Shown here: one piece after another, positions 24,975-38,417 of the stretch
Numbering within the stretch: position 1 is the stretch's first letter
Layout of the letters: every line of letters begins with the position of its first letter
Translations under genes and position numbers: made by a program
The notes under the pieces: model-generated
Seen by the model: only the letters and a program-made list of their open reading frames with translations
What the model was told of the DNA's origin: nothing
Databases searched by the model: none
From: Cyanobacteriota bacterium
GTDB taxonomy: Bacteria; Cyanobacteriota; Cyanobacteriia; PCC-6307; Cyanobiaceae
Assembly (NCBI GenBank): GCA_046052125.1
Contig: JBJOMY010000004.1
Span: forward strand, 32,001-96,000
DNA length: 64,000 nt
Direction of reading: 5' to 3'

Positions 24975-25175
24975 TCAGTTGCCGACGTTGACCTGACGGC
25001 GACCGGCCACCAGTTCAACCTTCAGGATCTTGCCGCCCTGCTTCATGATCCGCTGCTGCTCAGCGAACCAGCTTTCGTAGGGCACCCACTTGGTGAAGAA
25101 GGTGTTCTGCAGCTCGCGCTGGGAACGGGACTTCTCAGGGCAGGGAATGCAAGCTGTGACTTTGAACAGGCGCAT
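24975..25175 (-). CDS. apcC: Phycobilisome small core linker Lc7.8
   Basis: MRLFKVTACIP...RELQNTFFTK..WFAEQQRI. Confidence 0.97.
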   Translation of the reverse strand: MRLFKVTACIPCPEKSRSQRELQNTFFTKWVPYESWFAEQQRIMKQGGKILKVELVAGRRQVNVGN

Positions 25176-25207
25176 GGGGGATCCTCGAAGTGTGCCGAAG
25201 GCGTGGA

Positions 25208-25696
25208 TCAGTTACCCAGGCCGGAGCTGATGTAGTCGAAGTACACGCCCATTTCGCGGCCGGCATCGGGGCCCACCAGGGAGGCGGTCACTTCCTTCAT
25301 GGCCTGGATCGACTGCACGGTGGCGCCGATGGGCACGCCCAGGGAGTTGTAGGTCTCCTTAAGGCCGTTCAGCACACGCTCGTCGAGGATCGAGGTGTCG
25401 CCAGCCAGCATGGCGTAGGTGGCGTAACGCAGGTAGTAGTCGAGGTCGCGGATGCAGGCTGCATAGCGACGGCAGGTGTACATGTTGCCGCCGGGACGGG
25501 TGATGTCCGAGTACAGCAGCGACTTGGCCACGGCTTCCTTGATGATCGCGGAAGCGTTGGCGTTAATGGTGGCAGCGGCACGAACGCGCAGCTCACCGCT
25601 GGCGAAGTACTGCTCCAGGCGCCCCATGGAGGAGGTGTCCAGGTAGAGGCCCTGGACGTCGGCCTGGTTGATGACGTTGGTGATGGCGTCTTGCAT
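25208..25696 (-). CDS. apcB: Allophycocyanin beta
   Basis: [26 protein letters not shown]. Confidence 0.99.
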   Translation of the reverse strand: MQDAITNVINQADVQGLYLDTSSMGRLEQYFASGELRVRAAATINANASAIIKEAVAKSLLYSDITRPGGNMYTCRRYAACIRDLDYYLRYATYAMLAGDTSILDERVLNGLKETYNSLGVPIGATVQSIQAMKEVTASLVGPDAGREMGVYFDYISSGLGN

Positions 25697-25737
25697 GGAA
25701 CCTGATGGAAGAGGCGGTGGTTAGAGAAGAAAGATCC

Positions 25738-26223
25738 TCAGGAGAGGGCGCCGACGACGTAGTCGAAGTAGAAGCCAGCCTCTTCGGCATCAGCGCCGGT
25801 GAGCAGGCTCATGGCGGCGTTCTTCATCTCGCGCACGGCTTCAGCCATGGCTTCGAGGGGGGTGCCCAGGGAGCGATACATCTCCTTGGCGCCAATGACC
25901 CCGATCTCTTCGATCGGGGTCACATCACCAGCGACGATGCCGTAGGTCACCAGGCGCAGGTAGTAGTCCATGTCGCGCAGGCAGGACGCGGTCATCTCCT
26001 CGCCGTAGGCGTTGCCGCCGGGGGAGATCACGTCGGGACGCTTCTGGAACAGAGCGCCGCCAGCGGTCTTAACAATGCGCTCGCGGCTCTCGGCCAGGAC
26101 CTGGGCCACGCGAAGACGACGCTGGCCGCCGCTCACGAAAGCCTTGATCTGGTCGAGTTCGCCAGGGCTGAGGTAGCGGGCTTCGGCGTCCGCGTTGATG
26201 ATCGAGTTGGAGACGATGCTCAT
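25738..26223 (-). CDS. apcA: Allophycocyanin alpha
   Basis: [30 protein letters not shown]. Confidence 0.99.
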   Translation of the reverse strand: MSIVSNSIINADAEARYLSPGELDQIKAFVSGGQRRLRVAQVLAESRERIVKTAGGALFQKRPDVISPGGNAYGEEMTASCLRDMDYYLRLVTYGIVAGDVTPIEEIGVIGAKEMYRSLGTPLEAMAEAVREMKNAAMSLLTGADAEEAGFYFDYVVGALS

Positions 26224-26591
26224 GCAGTTCTGCCTCGAAACAAGCGGTCGCCTGAACGGTGACCGATATCCGGTGGGTAAGGGGGAGGGTCTTCAGAGGT
26301 GTGCTCCTCCCGCAGCGGACTGCGTCGGGGGCGAGCGACTGAAGGTGCGGCAGCAGTGCTGACCGCCGAGTCATTCTGTGGCAACGCCCAGCGGCCTCCC
26401 GGTGCCCGGTAACAGTTCTTCACGGCGGGCTCTGGTCTTCAAAACGCTTGCGGGGCCTGGGATCTGATCGGCTTCGTGCAACGCTGATTCTGTGTTGATT
26501 GATAACACTTCGTCGCATTTGTGCGCCTGTTTTGTTGCTTCCAGTTCGGCTTAATTGTGCCGCGCTTTGTAACAAAAATTCCCTGTACATC

Positions 26592-26621
26592 AAAAACCCC
26601 CTGCCGCGGGGCAAGGGGGTT
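26592..26621 (-). terminator. Hairpin/terminator after apcE
   Basis: AAAAACCCCCTGCC...GCAAGGGGGTT; T-tract on minus strand. Confidence 0.6.
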
Positions 26622-26654
26622 GGGGCGACTCCTTCAGGAATCAGGCCTTGAGGC

Positions 26655-29600
26655 TCAGGCCGTGGGATTGAGGGCTGCGTTGCCGCCGTACACGGCAGCT
26701 GTGCGGTTCACGGTGCTGAGGGGGATGCCGTCGCTGGTGGCCATGCCCTTCAGATAGGGCACGGTGTCGCGGCCAAAGCTGCTGGCGTACTCGGCTGAAT
26801 TGAGCACACCCTCAATGGCACTGCGCAAACCCTGATCGCAGCGGGTGGCCAGGAAGCGGCTGGTTTCAGCGGGTTGAGCCGCACGTCCAAGCAGCGCCAG
26901 GTAGGCCGCCGCCGCCGCCTTGAAGGGGGTCATGCGGTTGAGGCGGCTTACGAACAGATCGCTGCCTGCCACGCGCCCCACAAACTCCGCCACGCTCAGG
27001 CCGCCCTTGCGGAACTGGGATTCGGCATCACCCAGAGCTTCGGCTGCCAGCGGCTGGCGACCGAGCAGTTGGCGATACACCGCTTCGATGGCCTCGCCTA
27101 CTTCGGCGCTGCTGGGGCGCATCGAGAGCTTCACCACGCTGCCAAGGCTGCGGCGCTTGCTGAAGCCTTGCAGTGAGCCCGGCTTGAGGGCTTTGATCAT
27201 CGCCGCACCCGGTTGCTCGGCGCTCGCGCCGGCGCCACCGCTCGACACGGAGACGCTCCAGCTGCCACCGAGGCCCACCGAGGGTGTGCGGATGGTGCTG
27301 GGGGCCGGGGCAAAGCTGGTGGCACCAGCGCTCCAGGTGGGGGCTGCGCCGCCTCCGGGCTGCCAGCGGGGGGCGCTCCAGCTGCGGGTGGGAGCCGGTG
27401 CGGTCTGGATCGAGCCCGGGCCGCTGGTGCGGGAAGCGCTCGGCGCGAGGGTTTCACCGCCGGTGAGGGTGGCGCTCCAGCCGCCGCGGATCACCGCGGA
27501 GCGTCCAGCCAGGTTGCGCTCGGTGAGGCTGCCGGTGCCGCGGAAGTCAGCCGGAGGGGTGACTTCGGGGCGGATGCGGGGGGTGGTGTCGGCGTAGGCC
27601 GCTGCGTTGAAGGCACGCTTGAGGGCAGGGACCCGGCGCGTGTTCAGATCGGTTGGGGTGATGAAGCGCTCGTAGGGAACGGTGTCTTCCCCGAAGGCTT
27701 CCGAGTACTCCACGCTGTTGAGCATGGCGTCCACCACGCCGTAGAAACCCTTGCGGGCGGCCACGTCGAAGTAGGCATCGATCTCCCAGCGGCCGAAGGT
27801 GGGGCGGCCGAGCAGGCGGCGGTGCATCACCTCGATCGCTTTACAGATGTAAAGCCCGCTCCAGTAGCGGCGGCGGAACGCATCGCTGCGGGCCACCTGG
27901 CGCACAAACTCGCGCAGGCTCAGATCGCCGTTCTCGAGCTTGATCTCTTCAACCTTGTTCTGCTCACCGGCGTAGCCGGTGTTGCCGAGCACTTGCACGT
28001 ACACCGCCCGGATCACCGCCTGGGTGCTGGCCTCGGTGTTGCGGATGCTCGGTTGGCCTCCGCGGCGGGGCACAGAATTGCCGCCGGTGGCGATCTGCTG
28101 CAGACGCACCACCTTGGGCCCCAGCTTGCGCGGGGTGGAGGCCCGGAACTGCGGGCTGTTCATCTGGCCGGGCTGGCGCATGCCATTGCCCACCAGGATG
28201 CGGCGCGTGTCGTAGCGGATCGGCGCGGGGCGAGTGCCCACGTTCGCCGTGCCCGACGGGAAGATCGCGCCGTAGTTCAGGCCGAGGGGATCGTTGCCGC
28301 CGCCGTAGGGGTGCTGATCGGCGTAGGGCTGGCGGTAGCTGGCGTAGAGGGTGACGTATTGCGGTGCGCCCTCAAACGGTGCGCTGAAGCGGAACAGCTT
28401 GCGGTTGGAACCCCAGCCGGCGCTCTCCTGGGCTTCTTCGCCGATGTCGCGCAGGTAGGGAACGGTTTCCTCGCCGAACACCTGGGCGTATTCCATGCTG
28501 TTCACCAGCGAATCCACCAGGCCCTTCAGGCCCTGGGCGGACACGATGTCGAAGTAGCGGGTGAACTCCTCGCGGGAGCTGATGCCCCGACCGAGGAAGT
28601 GGCGGAAGGCCAGCTCCACCACGCGGCTGTTCACGAAGCGGCCGTAGAACTGCTGCTGATACTCCTTGCTGTGGCCCAGGGAGCGGATGAACTCCCGCAT
28701 CGAGATGTCGCCCTGGCGCACCTGGGTGGCTTCCACCGGGCAAGGCATCTGGCTGTAGGCCTTGGCAATGTCGCGCTCAAACACCTGGCGGTAGGCGGCG
28801 CGCACCACTTCGGCCTTCTGGGCGCCACTCATGCCCGGCTTCATGTTGAAGCGCTGGGCCTTGCCCTGGGCTGCGAGGGCGTAGATCGCCGGCAGCTGCA
28901 GACCCTGGTTTTCAGGGCTGCCCAGGCGCTGGCGCGGCGAGGGGGTGGGAACAGCGAGCTCCTCGAGCAGCACGTTGAAGCTGTCGATCAGCAGTTGGCG
29001 CGCTTCGGGAAGATCCTTGAGCAGCTCGGCCGCGCCGGCGCGCATTTCCTGCAGAGCCACGTTGGTGGCGGCCAGGGAGCAGCCCTTTTCAAGAACATCG
29101 CGCAGGCCGCGGGTGTTCACGCGCAGGATGCTCGGGTCGCCGGCCACAACGGCGTAACCCACGTAACGCAGGAACCAGGCCAGGTCGCGGATCGACTTCT
29201 TCATCCGCTCGGTGCCGTAGCGGGCCACCGAGATCGGGCTGAAACCGGTGGGCAGCACCACGCGCACATCGGCGTCGCCACCGGCGCCTTCGAGCAGGCG
29301 GCTGAAGGCATTGCCGCGCTTGCTAGCGCCGCTGGCGCCGGCAAAGGTTTGCACCGACTGCTGGAAGGCGACCTGGTCGGTGGCCAACGGTGTGGAACCG
29401 GCCGCCGCAACGGGCGTCAGCGGTGCGTCGAGATAGGAGAGCGGTGTGCCCCCGGCAAAGATGCGACTGGCCGCTCGGGCCACGATCGCCTCAGCGTTGG
29501 CGGAGACACGGCGCGCAGCCTCAACCCGCAGTTGACCGCTCTGGAAGAACGTCACCAGGGTGTTCAGCTCGCCGCCATCAAGGAAGCGGTCCTGCTGTTC

Positions 29601-29684
29601 CGCCTCGCGGACGCTGGAGAGCGGCAGGGTGTCGTAGCGCTGAGGAGCAACCCTGCTGCTGCCGCTGCTGGCGGTCACAGTCAT
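26655..29684 (-). CDS. apcE: Phycobilisome core-membrane linker LCM (about 1009 aa, 3 REP domains)
   Basis: MTVTASSGSS start, phycobiliprotein domain with chromophore Cys (EKGCS), REPs RAAYRQVFER / RAVYVQVLG / EAVYRQLLGR. Confidence 0.98.
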   Translation of the reverse strand: MTVTASSGSSRVAPQRYDTLPLSSVREAEQQDRFLDGGELNTLVTFFQSGQLRVEAARRVSANAEAIVARAASRIFAGGTPLSYLDAPLTPVAAAGSTPLATDQVAFQQSVQTFAGASGASKRGNAFSRLLEGAGGDADVRVVLPTGFSPISVARYGTERMKKSIRDLAWFLRYVGYAVVAGDPSILRVNTRGLRDVLEKGCSLAATNVALQEMRAGAAELLKDLPEARQLLIDSFNVLLEELAVPTPSPRQRLGSPENQGLQLPAIYALAAQGKAQRFNMKPGMSGAQKAEVVRAAYRQVFERDIAKAYSQMPCPVEATQVRQGDISMREFIRSLGHSKEYQQQFYGRFVNSRVVELAFRHFLGRGISSREEFTRYFDIVSAQGLKGLVDSLVNSMEYAQVFGEETVPYLRDIGEEAQESAGWGSNRKLFRFSAPFEGAPQYVTLYASYRQPYADQHPYGGGNDPLGLNYGAIFPSGTANVGTRPAPIRYDTRRILVGNGMRQPGQMNSPQFRASTPRKLGPKVVRLQQIATGGNSVPRRGGQPSIRNTEASTQAVIRAVYVQVLGNTGYAGEQNKVEEIKLENGDLSLREFVRQVARSDAFRRRYWSGLYICKAIEVMHRRLLGRPTFGRWEIDAYFDVAARKGFYGVVDAMLNSVEYSEAFGEDTVPYERFITPTDLNTRRVPALKRAFNAAAYADTTPRIRPEVTPPADFRGTGSLTERNLAGRSAVIRGGWSATLTGGETLAPSASRTSGPGSIQTAPAPTRSWSAPRWQPGGGAAPTWSAGATSFAPAPSTIRTPSVGLGGSWSVSVSSGGAGASAEQPGAAMIKALKPGSLQGFSKRRSLGSVVKLSMRPSSAEVGEAIEAVYRQLLGRQPLAAEALGDAESQFRKGGLSVAEFVGRVAGSDLFVSRLNRMTPFKAAAAAYLALLGRAAQPAETSRFLATRCDQGLRSAIEGVLNSAEYASSFGRDTVPYLKGMATSDGIPLSTVNRTAAVYGGNAALNPTA

Positions 29685-29837
29685 GGAGGAGAGCGAACCG
29701 GGCCAAGGCACGTTACGGCTGGCCCTCTGGCCTCCCGGCTGCCCATGAACAAATGTTTGCAGCCGCTTCCGGTTCGCGTCTGCAACAGGGCCTGGGCCAT
29801 GAAAAGCTCGCCCGGTTGCAGCGCTGCCCCCTGCGCC

Positions 29838-31058
29838 ATGACCCAGGCCCCGGCCGATGCCGCCACTCCAGTGGTGAGCGCCTTCTACGACCGTTTCCCC
29901 TACCCCGGCGACCCGCTTCAAGACGGCCCGCCGCCTGGATACAACTGGCGATGGTGCGTGGACGCGGCCTATGCCGCCTGCACCGGGGCCAAGGCTCCAC
30001 AGCCAGCTGATGGTGCTCCCCTGCGCATCCTCGATGCCGGCTGCGGTACGGGTGTAAGCACCGACTACTTGGCCCATCTCAATCCGGGCGCCGAGATCCT
30101 GGCGGTGGATATCTCACCGGGCACCTTGGAGGTGGCCCGCGAGCGCCTGCGCCGCTCAGGCGGCCACGAGCAGGCCAGCGTGCGCATCGAAAACCGCAGC
30201 CTCCTGGAGCTTCAGGGTGAAGGTCCGTTCGACTACATCAACTCCGTTGGGGTGCTGCACCACCTCAGGCAGCCGGAAGCTGGCCTGAAAGCCCTGGCTG
30301 AGCTGCTCAAGCCCGGTGCGCTGCTTCATCTCTTTCTGTATGCCGATGGCGGCCGCTGGGAGATCCACCGCACCCAGCGGGCCCTCACGGCCATGGGAGT
30401 GGGCACGGGGGCGGATGGCCTGCGCCTCGGCCGCCAGCTGATGGCCGAGCTGCCCGGGCACAACCGCCTGCGCCGCCACCACGAGCAGCGCTGGGCGATC
30501 GATTGCGCGGCGGATGCCAACTTCGCCGATATGTACCTCCACCCGCAGGAGACCAGCTACAACCTCGAGCGCTTGATGGCCTTTGTGGCTTCAGCTGATC
30601 TGGAGTTTGCTGGGTTTTCCAATCCGCAGGTGTGGGATCCCTCCCGGCTTCTGCAGGGTGAGCTGCTGGAGCGGGCTCAGGCTCTGCCCCCAATGCAGCA
30701 ATGGCAGCTGGTGGAAGACCTGGATCCGGACATCAGCCATTTCGAGTTTTTCCTGGCGAAGCCTCCCTTGGTTCGCAGCAACTGGGAGCACAGGGCCGAT
30801 CTGCTGCGGGCCAGCGGCGTGCGCAACCGTTGCCTCTGGGGCTGGCCCGGTACCGCGCTGCTCGATTCCGATATGGCTCCGCTTGATCTGAGCAGCGATG
30901 GCCTGGCGCTTCTGCAGGCCCTGGAGGCGGCGCCGGCCGGAACGGCGATTGGTGCCTTGCCCCTGGGCTGGTCAGAGCAGCAGATCGCAACGGTGGCAAG
31001 GGAACTGATCGATCAACGGGTGCTGCTGCTTCAACCGAGCTGTAGCGCCCCTGCGTGA
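29838..31058 (+). CDS. Class I SAM-dependent methyltransferase
   Basis: ILDAGCGTG, GVLHHL, DMYLHPQE; start MTQAPAD. Confidence 0.88.
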   Translation: MTQAPADAATPVVSAFYDRFPYPGDPLQDGPPPGYNWRWCVDAAYAACTGAKAPQPADGAPLRILDAGCGTGVSTDYLAHLNPGAEILAVDISPGTLEVARERLRRSGGHEQASVRIENRSLLELQGEGPFDYINSVGVLHHLRQPEAGLKALAELLKPGALLHLFLYADGGRWEIHRTQRALTAMGVGTGADGLRLGRQLMAELPGHNRLRRHHEQRWAIDCAADANFADMYLHPQETSYNLERLMAFVASADLEFAGFSNPQVWDPSRLLQGELLERAQALPPMQQWQLVEDLDPDISHFEFFLAKPPLVRSNWEHRADLLRASGVRNRCLWGWPGTALLDSDMAPLDLSSDGLALLQALEAAPAGTAIGALPLGWSEQQIATVARELIDQRVLLLQPSCSAPA

Positions 31059-31570
31059 TAGATTCCGCGCGAATTTTCAGAGCGTCGGCGCCTTTGCCGG
31101 TCTTCACTCCGCTCCCGGACGACAAAGACTCCTCACAAGGAGCTGATGTGGTTCTGGAACTGGATGCCGAAGCCCCAGCCGAGTCCGAGCCGTCTCTGGA
31201 ACCGTCGTCATCCGGTGGACCTCTCGAGGCTGCTGTTGACGATTACGCGCGGCTACAGCAGCGCCTCATCTTGGCCACGTTGATCGTTTCCGCTCTCGCG
31301 GTGATGATCACGGCCCTTGTTTTCGATCCATTCATCGCCGGCTCCGTGCTGGTGGGCGCCCTTGCCGGCGTGCTTTATCTGCGGCTCCTCGCTCGCAGCG
31401 TTAGCAAGCTCGGCAATGGATCGAAAAAAGTGGGCAAGTTGCAGCTGCTCGTGCCTGTGGTGCTGGTCCTGGCGGCTGCCCGTCTCCCCCAGCTGGAGCT
31501 GTTACCAGCCATCCTCGGCTTCCTGCTCTACAAGCCGGCCCTGATTCTTCAGGCAGTGCTCGACTCCTGA
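31055..31570 (+). CDS. atp1: ATP synthase protein I (Atp1/UncI)
   Basis: About 4 [16 protein letters not shown]; first gene of atp operon; start uncertain. Confidence 0.85.
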   Translation: MIDSARIFRASAPLPVFTPLPDDKDSSQGADVVLELDAEAPAESEPSLEPSSSGGPLEAAVDDYARLQQRLILATLIVSALAVMITALVFDPFIAGSVLVGALAGVLYLRLLARSVSKLGNGSKKVGKLQLLVPVVLVLAAARLPQLELLPAILGFLLYKPALILQAVLDS

Positions 31571-31622
31571 GCCCGCCTTTCCCCATAACCGTCGCCTTCG
31601 GCGACACCGAACGCTCAGCCCG

Positions 31623-32766
<1,144 letters not shown>

Positions 32767-32772
32767 TCGCGA

Positions 32773-32814
32773 TGAGGTGAGCAGGTTGGGGCCCCTCCAA
32801 CCCTGCTCACCTCA
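32773..32814 (+). other. Strong intercistronic stem-loop after subunit c
   Basis: TGAGGTGAGCAGG-TTGG...CCAA-C-CCTGCTCACCTCA; no U-tract. Confidence 0.75.
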
Positions 32815-32874
32815 CTGCTCCTTCAGCGCAAGACGCTTCAAGCGCCTGCTTTCACCCGCCCGCACCCCCGCTTC

Positions 32875-33336
32875 ATGACCAGCTGGCTTCTGCTTGGTGC
32901 AACGGAGGGAGGTCTGTTTGACCTCGATGCCACCCTGCCGCTGATGGCGGTTCAGGTGGTGCTCCTCACCTTCATTCTCAACGCCCTGTTCTTCAGTCCC
33001 GTGGGTCGGGTTGTGGAAGAACGCGAGGGTTACGTCACGACCAGCCGCTCTGAGGCCAAGCAGAAGCTTGCTCAGGCTGAACGGTTGGAGGCGGACCTCA
33101 AGGACCAGCTCAAGGATGCCCGCCAGGCTGCCCAAAAGCTGATTCAGGAAGCCGAACAGGATTCCGACAAGCTCTATCGCGATGCCCTGGCTGCGGCAAC
33201 GGCCGATGCCAATGCCTCCCGAGAAAAGGCCCGCCGCGAGATCGATGCTCAGCGTGAGTCGGCCATGGGCCAGCTCAAAGCTGACGCCGACAAGCTCGGT
33301 GACCTGATCGTCGAACGTCTGCTGGCCGCCCGATGA
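32875..33336 (+). CDS. atpF2: ATP synthase F0 subunit b' (cyanobacterial atpG)
   Basis: [15 protein letters not shown] + coiled coil. Confidence 0.96.
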   Translation: MTSWLLLGATEGGLFDLDATLPLMAVQVVLLTFILNALFFSPVGRVVEEREGYVTTSRSEAKQKLAQAERLEADLKDQLKDARQAAQKLIQEAEQDSDKLYRDALAAATADANASREKARREIDAQRESAMGQLKADADKLGDLIVERLLAAR

Positions 33337-33850
33337 CCATTTCCGCTCTGCTCGCCACCCACGGCAGCTTCGGTCTGAACCTCAATGTGTTCGAGACCAA
33401 TATCGTCAACTTGGCGATCGTTATTTTCGGCCTCTACAAATTCCTCCCCAATTTCCTGGGTGGAATTCTGGAGCGTCGTCGCGCCATCATCCTTTCTGAG
33501 CTCAAGGATGCCGAGGAGCGTTTGGCTTCAGCCAACACATCCTTGGCTCAAGCCCAGAAGGACCTGGCTGCTGCCCAGCAAAAGGCAGAACAGATCCGTG
33601 CTGACGGCAAGGCCCGTGCTCAGGCCATTCGCCTCGACAGCGAGAAGCGCACCATCGAGGAGATGGCCCGTCTTAAGCAAGGTGCAGCGGCAGATCTCGA
33701 TGCCGAGGCAGCCCGGGTGACCAACCTTCTGCGCCGTGAAGCGGCCCGTCTGGCCATTGAAAAAGCTCTGGCCACGCTTCCCGCCAAGCTCGACGCCGAT
33801 GCCCAGGCAAAGCTGCTCAGTCAATCCATCAACACCCTGGGGAACGCCTG

Positions 33851-33851
<1 letters not shown>
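33333..33851 (+). CDS. atpF: ATP synthase F0 subunit b
   Basis: [15 protein letters not shown] + coiled coil. Confidence 0.97.
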
Positions 33852-35969
<2,118 letters not shown>

Positions 35970-35999
35970 TCCTGACGGTTACCCCGGAGACCCCTTTCC

Positions 36000-36953
36000 A
36001 TGGCCAACCTCAAGGAGATCCGCGACAGGATCAGTTCGGTGAAGAACACCCGCAAGATCACCGAGGCCATGCGCCTGGTGGCCGCTGCGAAGGTGCGCCG
36101 TGCACAGGAGCAGGTGCTCCGTAGCCGTCCGTTCGCGGATCGTCTCGCCCGGATTCTGGAAAACCTCCAGACCCGCATGCAGTTCGAGTCGATGGATGCT
36201 CCCCTGCTCGAAAGCCGCGATGTGAGCACCATCACCCTGCTCGCCGTCACCGGCGATCGCGGTCTGTGCGGTGGCTACAACGCCAACATCATCAAGCGCA
36301 CCGAACAACGTCACGCTGAGCTCACCGCTCAGGGTTACAAGGTTGATCTGGTGTTGATCGGCCGCAAGGTGGCCACCTACTTCCAGAATCGCGCCAGCCA
36401 GTACAACATTCGCGCCACCTTCATGGGGCTCGAGCAGGTGCCCAATGCTTCCGAAGCGGGCAAGATCGCTGAGGAAGTGCTCGCCGAATTCCTCTCCGGC
36501 AGCACCGATCGTGTGGAGATCATCTTCACCAAGTTCATCAACCTGGTGAGCTCCAAGCCGGTGTCGCAGACCCTGCTGCCCCTGGATCCCCAGGGCATCG
36601 CCAGCCCGGATGATGAGATTTTCCGTCTCACCACCCGCGATGGTCAGCTGGGCGTGGAGAAGGGCAAGGTGGCCAACGAGCAACCGGCTCTTCCTTCCGA
36701 CCTGGTGTTCGAGCAGACCCCTGAGCAGCTGCTCAATGCTCTGCTGCCGCTGTATCTGCAAAACCAGCTGCTGCGCTCCCTTCAGGAAGCTGCCGCCTCT
36801 GAGCTGGCTAGCCGGATGACGGCCATGAACAACGCCAGCGATAACGCCAAGGCTCTCGCTAAGACCCTCACCCTCGACTACAACAAGGCCCGCCAGGCCG
36901 CCATTACCCAGGAGATCCTGGAAGTGGTTGGTGGCGCGGCGGCGATGTCCTAA
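36000..36953 (+). CDS. atpG: ATP synthase F1 gamma (cyanobacterial atpC)
   Basis: [33 protein letters not shown]. Confidence 0.99.
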   Translation: MANLKEIRDRISSVKNTRKITEAMRLVAAAKVRRAQEQVLRSRPFADRLARILENLQTRMQFESMDAPLLESRDVSTITLLAVTGDRGLCGGYNANIIKRTEQRHAELTAQGYKVDLVLIGRKVATYFQNRASQYNIRATFMGLEQVPNASEAGKIAEEVLAEFLSGSTDRVEIIFTKFINLVSSKPVSQTLLPLDPQGIASPDDEIFRLTTRDGQLGVEKGKVANEQPALPSDLVFEQTPEQLLNALLPLYLQNQLLRSLQEAAASELASRMTAMNNASDNAKALAKTLTLDYNKARQAAITQEILEVVGGAAAMS

Positions 36954-36964
36954 TCGAGCGCTTC

Positions 36965-37040
36965 GCCAAACCAAAACCCCCTCGCCTTCGGCCGTTACCG
37001 CTACGCGGATACGGCCTGGTCGAGGGGGTTTTGGTTTGGC
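36965..37040. terminator. Long compound hairpin after atp gamma (terminator or small repeat element)
   Basis: 20-bp perfect arms GCCAAACCAAAACCCCCTCG / CGAGGGGGTTTTGGTTTGGC enclosing a second stem. Confidence 0.7.
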
Positions 37041-37108
37041 CGCCGTTTGGGAGATGTGTGAGTGGGCGGGGAGGATGAAGCAGGTGCTGCTGCTCTGTCG
37101 TCGTGACC

Positions 37109-37831
37109 ATGGAACTGCAGGGGTTGTTCCCGTTGGCGTTGGCGCGGGTGCAGTTGCGGCTGGATCCGTGGGATCTGGCGTTGCTGATGCAGGAGGTGTT
37201 GGCGCTGCGGGGTGAGGCGGAGGGGAACCCCGAGCCTGGTTGCGCCTGGACCGGCGACATCAATGGGATCTGGCAGCTGCATCGGCTTGAGGCCTTTGCC
37301 TCGATTACGGCCGAGGTGCAACGGCAGGCTTGGCTGTATCTGCAGGAGCTGGGCTTTCAGCCCGGCCAGGTGGCCCTGCACATCCAACGTTCTTGGCCGG
37401 TGGTGAGTGAGGCCGGTCAGTTGGTGGGGCGCCACCATCACCCCAATGCCCACCTCAGTGCCGTGCTCTATCTCAACGGCGATGGCAGCGGGCGCAGTGG
37501 TTGTCTGCGGTTGTTCCCGCCGCGGCAACTGAATGAGTTGGTGCCGGGGTTGGCGGTGGGCCATGGCGGCCCGATCGACACCACCAGTTCAGGCGGCCAG
37601 CGTTGGAATGCCCCTTGGCTTGATGTGGCCCCGCAAGCTGGATTGCTGGTGTTTTTCCCGGCTCAGACCGACCACGCCGTGACGCCAAACGACGACTGCG
37701 ACGATCTGCGCCTCTCCCTTGCCTTTGACCTGGCCCTCACAGCCCCGCTCGCCTCAGCGGATGCCGCGGCCCCGCCGGAGTATCTGGCTCCCCATCCCGC
37801 CCAGTGGAGTGAGGTGCCTGCAGACGGTTAG
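37109..37831 (+). CDS. Putative 2OG-Fe(II) oxygenase (TIGR02466-like)
   Basis: LFP start, HHHPNAHLSAVLYL, GLLVFFP..HAV, RLSLAFD. Confidence 0.8.
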   Translation: MELQGLFPLALARVQLRLDPWDLALLMQEVLALRGEAEGNPEPGCAWTGDINGIWQLHRLEAFASITAEVQRQAWLYLQELGFQPGQVALHIQRSWPVVSEAGQLVGRHHHPNAHLSAVLYLNGDGSGRSGCLRLFPPRQLNELVPGLAVGHGGPIDTTSSGGQRWNAPWLDVAPQAGLLVFFPAQTDHAVTPNDDCDDLRLSLAFDLALTAPLASADAAAPPEYLAPHPAQWSEVPADG

Positions 37832-37887
37832 CGGTTCGGCGATCCGGGACAATGAACGGCCACCAGCCCCAGCTGCCGCTGCGCCCC

Positions 37888-38211
37888 ATGAGCGACACCT
37901 TCACCGTTGTCTGTGAGATCAACGGCACCAGCCACAGCTTCAGCTGCAGCCCTGATCAGACCGTGCTGGCCGCCGCCGAAGCCGCCGGGGTGGACCTGCC
38001 CAGTTCCTGTTGCTCCGGTGTGTGCACCACCTGTGCCGCGCGCATTCACGAAGGCACCGTGCACCAGCCGGATGCCATGGGCGTGAAGGCCGAGCTGCAG
38101 GAGCAGGGCTACGCATTGCTCTGTGTGGCCTTCCCGCGCAGTGATCTCAAGCTCACCGCCGGCCAGGAAGATGCCCTCTACGAAGCTCAGTTCGGTCAGT
38201 ACCAGAAGTGA
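37888..38211 (+). CDS. 2Fe-2S ferredoxin (plant-type-like)
   Basis: LPSSCCSGVCTTCA...ALLCVAFPRSD. Confidence 0.93.
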   Translation: MSDTFTVVCEINGTSHSFSCSPDQTVLAAAEAAGVDLPSSCCSGVCTTCAARIHEGTVHQPDAMGVKAELQEQGYALLCVAFPRSDLKLTAGQEDALYEAQFGQYQK

Positions 38212-38417
38212 GCCTTGGCGAGCTGCGCCCCGTGTTGCTGCAGTTGGAGCGCCGGCCCGGTTCCCTGCGCGCACAGGTGGAGTCGGCGTTACTGCACCAC
38301 GGCCAACCTTTGCGCTGGGCGATTACGGCCGTTGATCAATCGGCTGAGGGGCGCTCCCTGCTGCAGATCGAAGCCGTCGTGATCGGCGCGATCGATCCCC
38401 AGAGCAGCGAGGCCTGA
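38208..38417 (+). CDS. Small conserved hypothetical protein
   Basis: GQPLRWAITAV..IEAVV; overlaps both neighbours. Confidence 0.7.
   Translation: MSLGELRPVLLQLERRPGSLRAQVESALLHHGQPLRWAITAVDQSAEGRSLLQIEAVVIGAIDPQSSEA

Noticed and set aside
26224..26590. Long apcA leader as riboswitch/ncRNA
   Set aside because: Long 5' UTRs are normal for apc operons and I recognised no specific motif
27213..31058. 1281-aa plus-strand ORF
   Set aside because: First ~875 codons are the antisense shadow of apcE; only 29838-31058 has methyltransferase motifs
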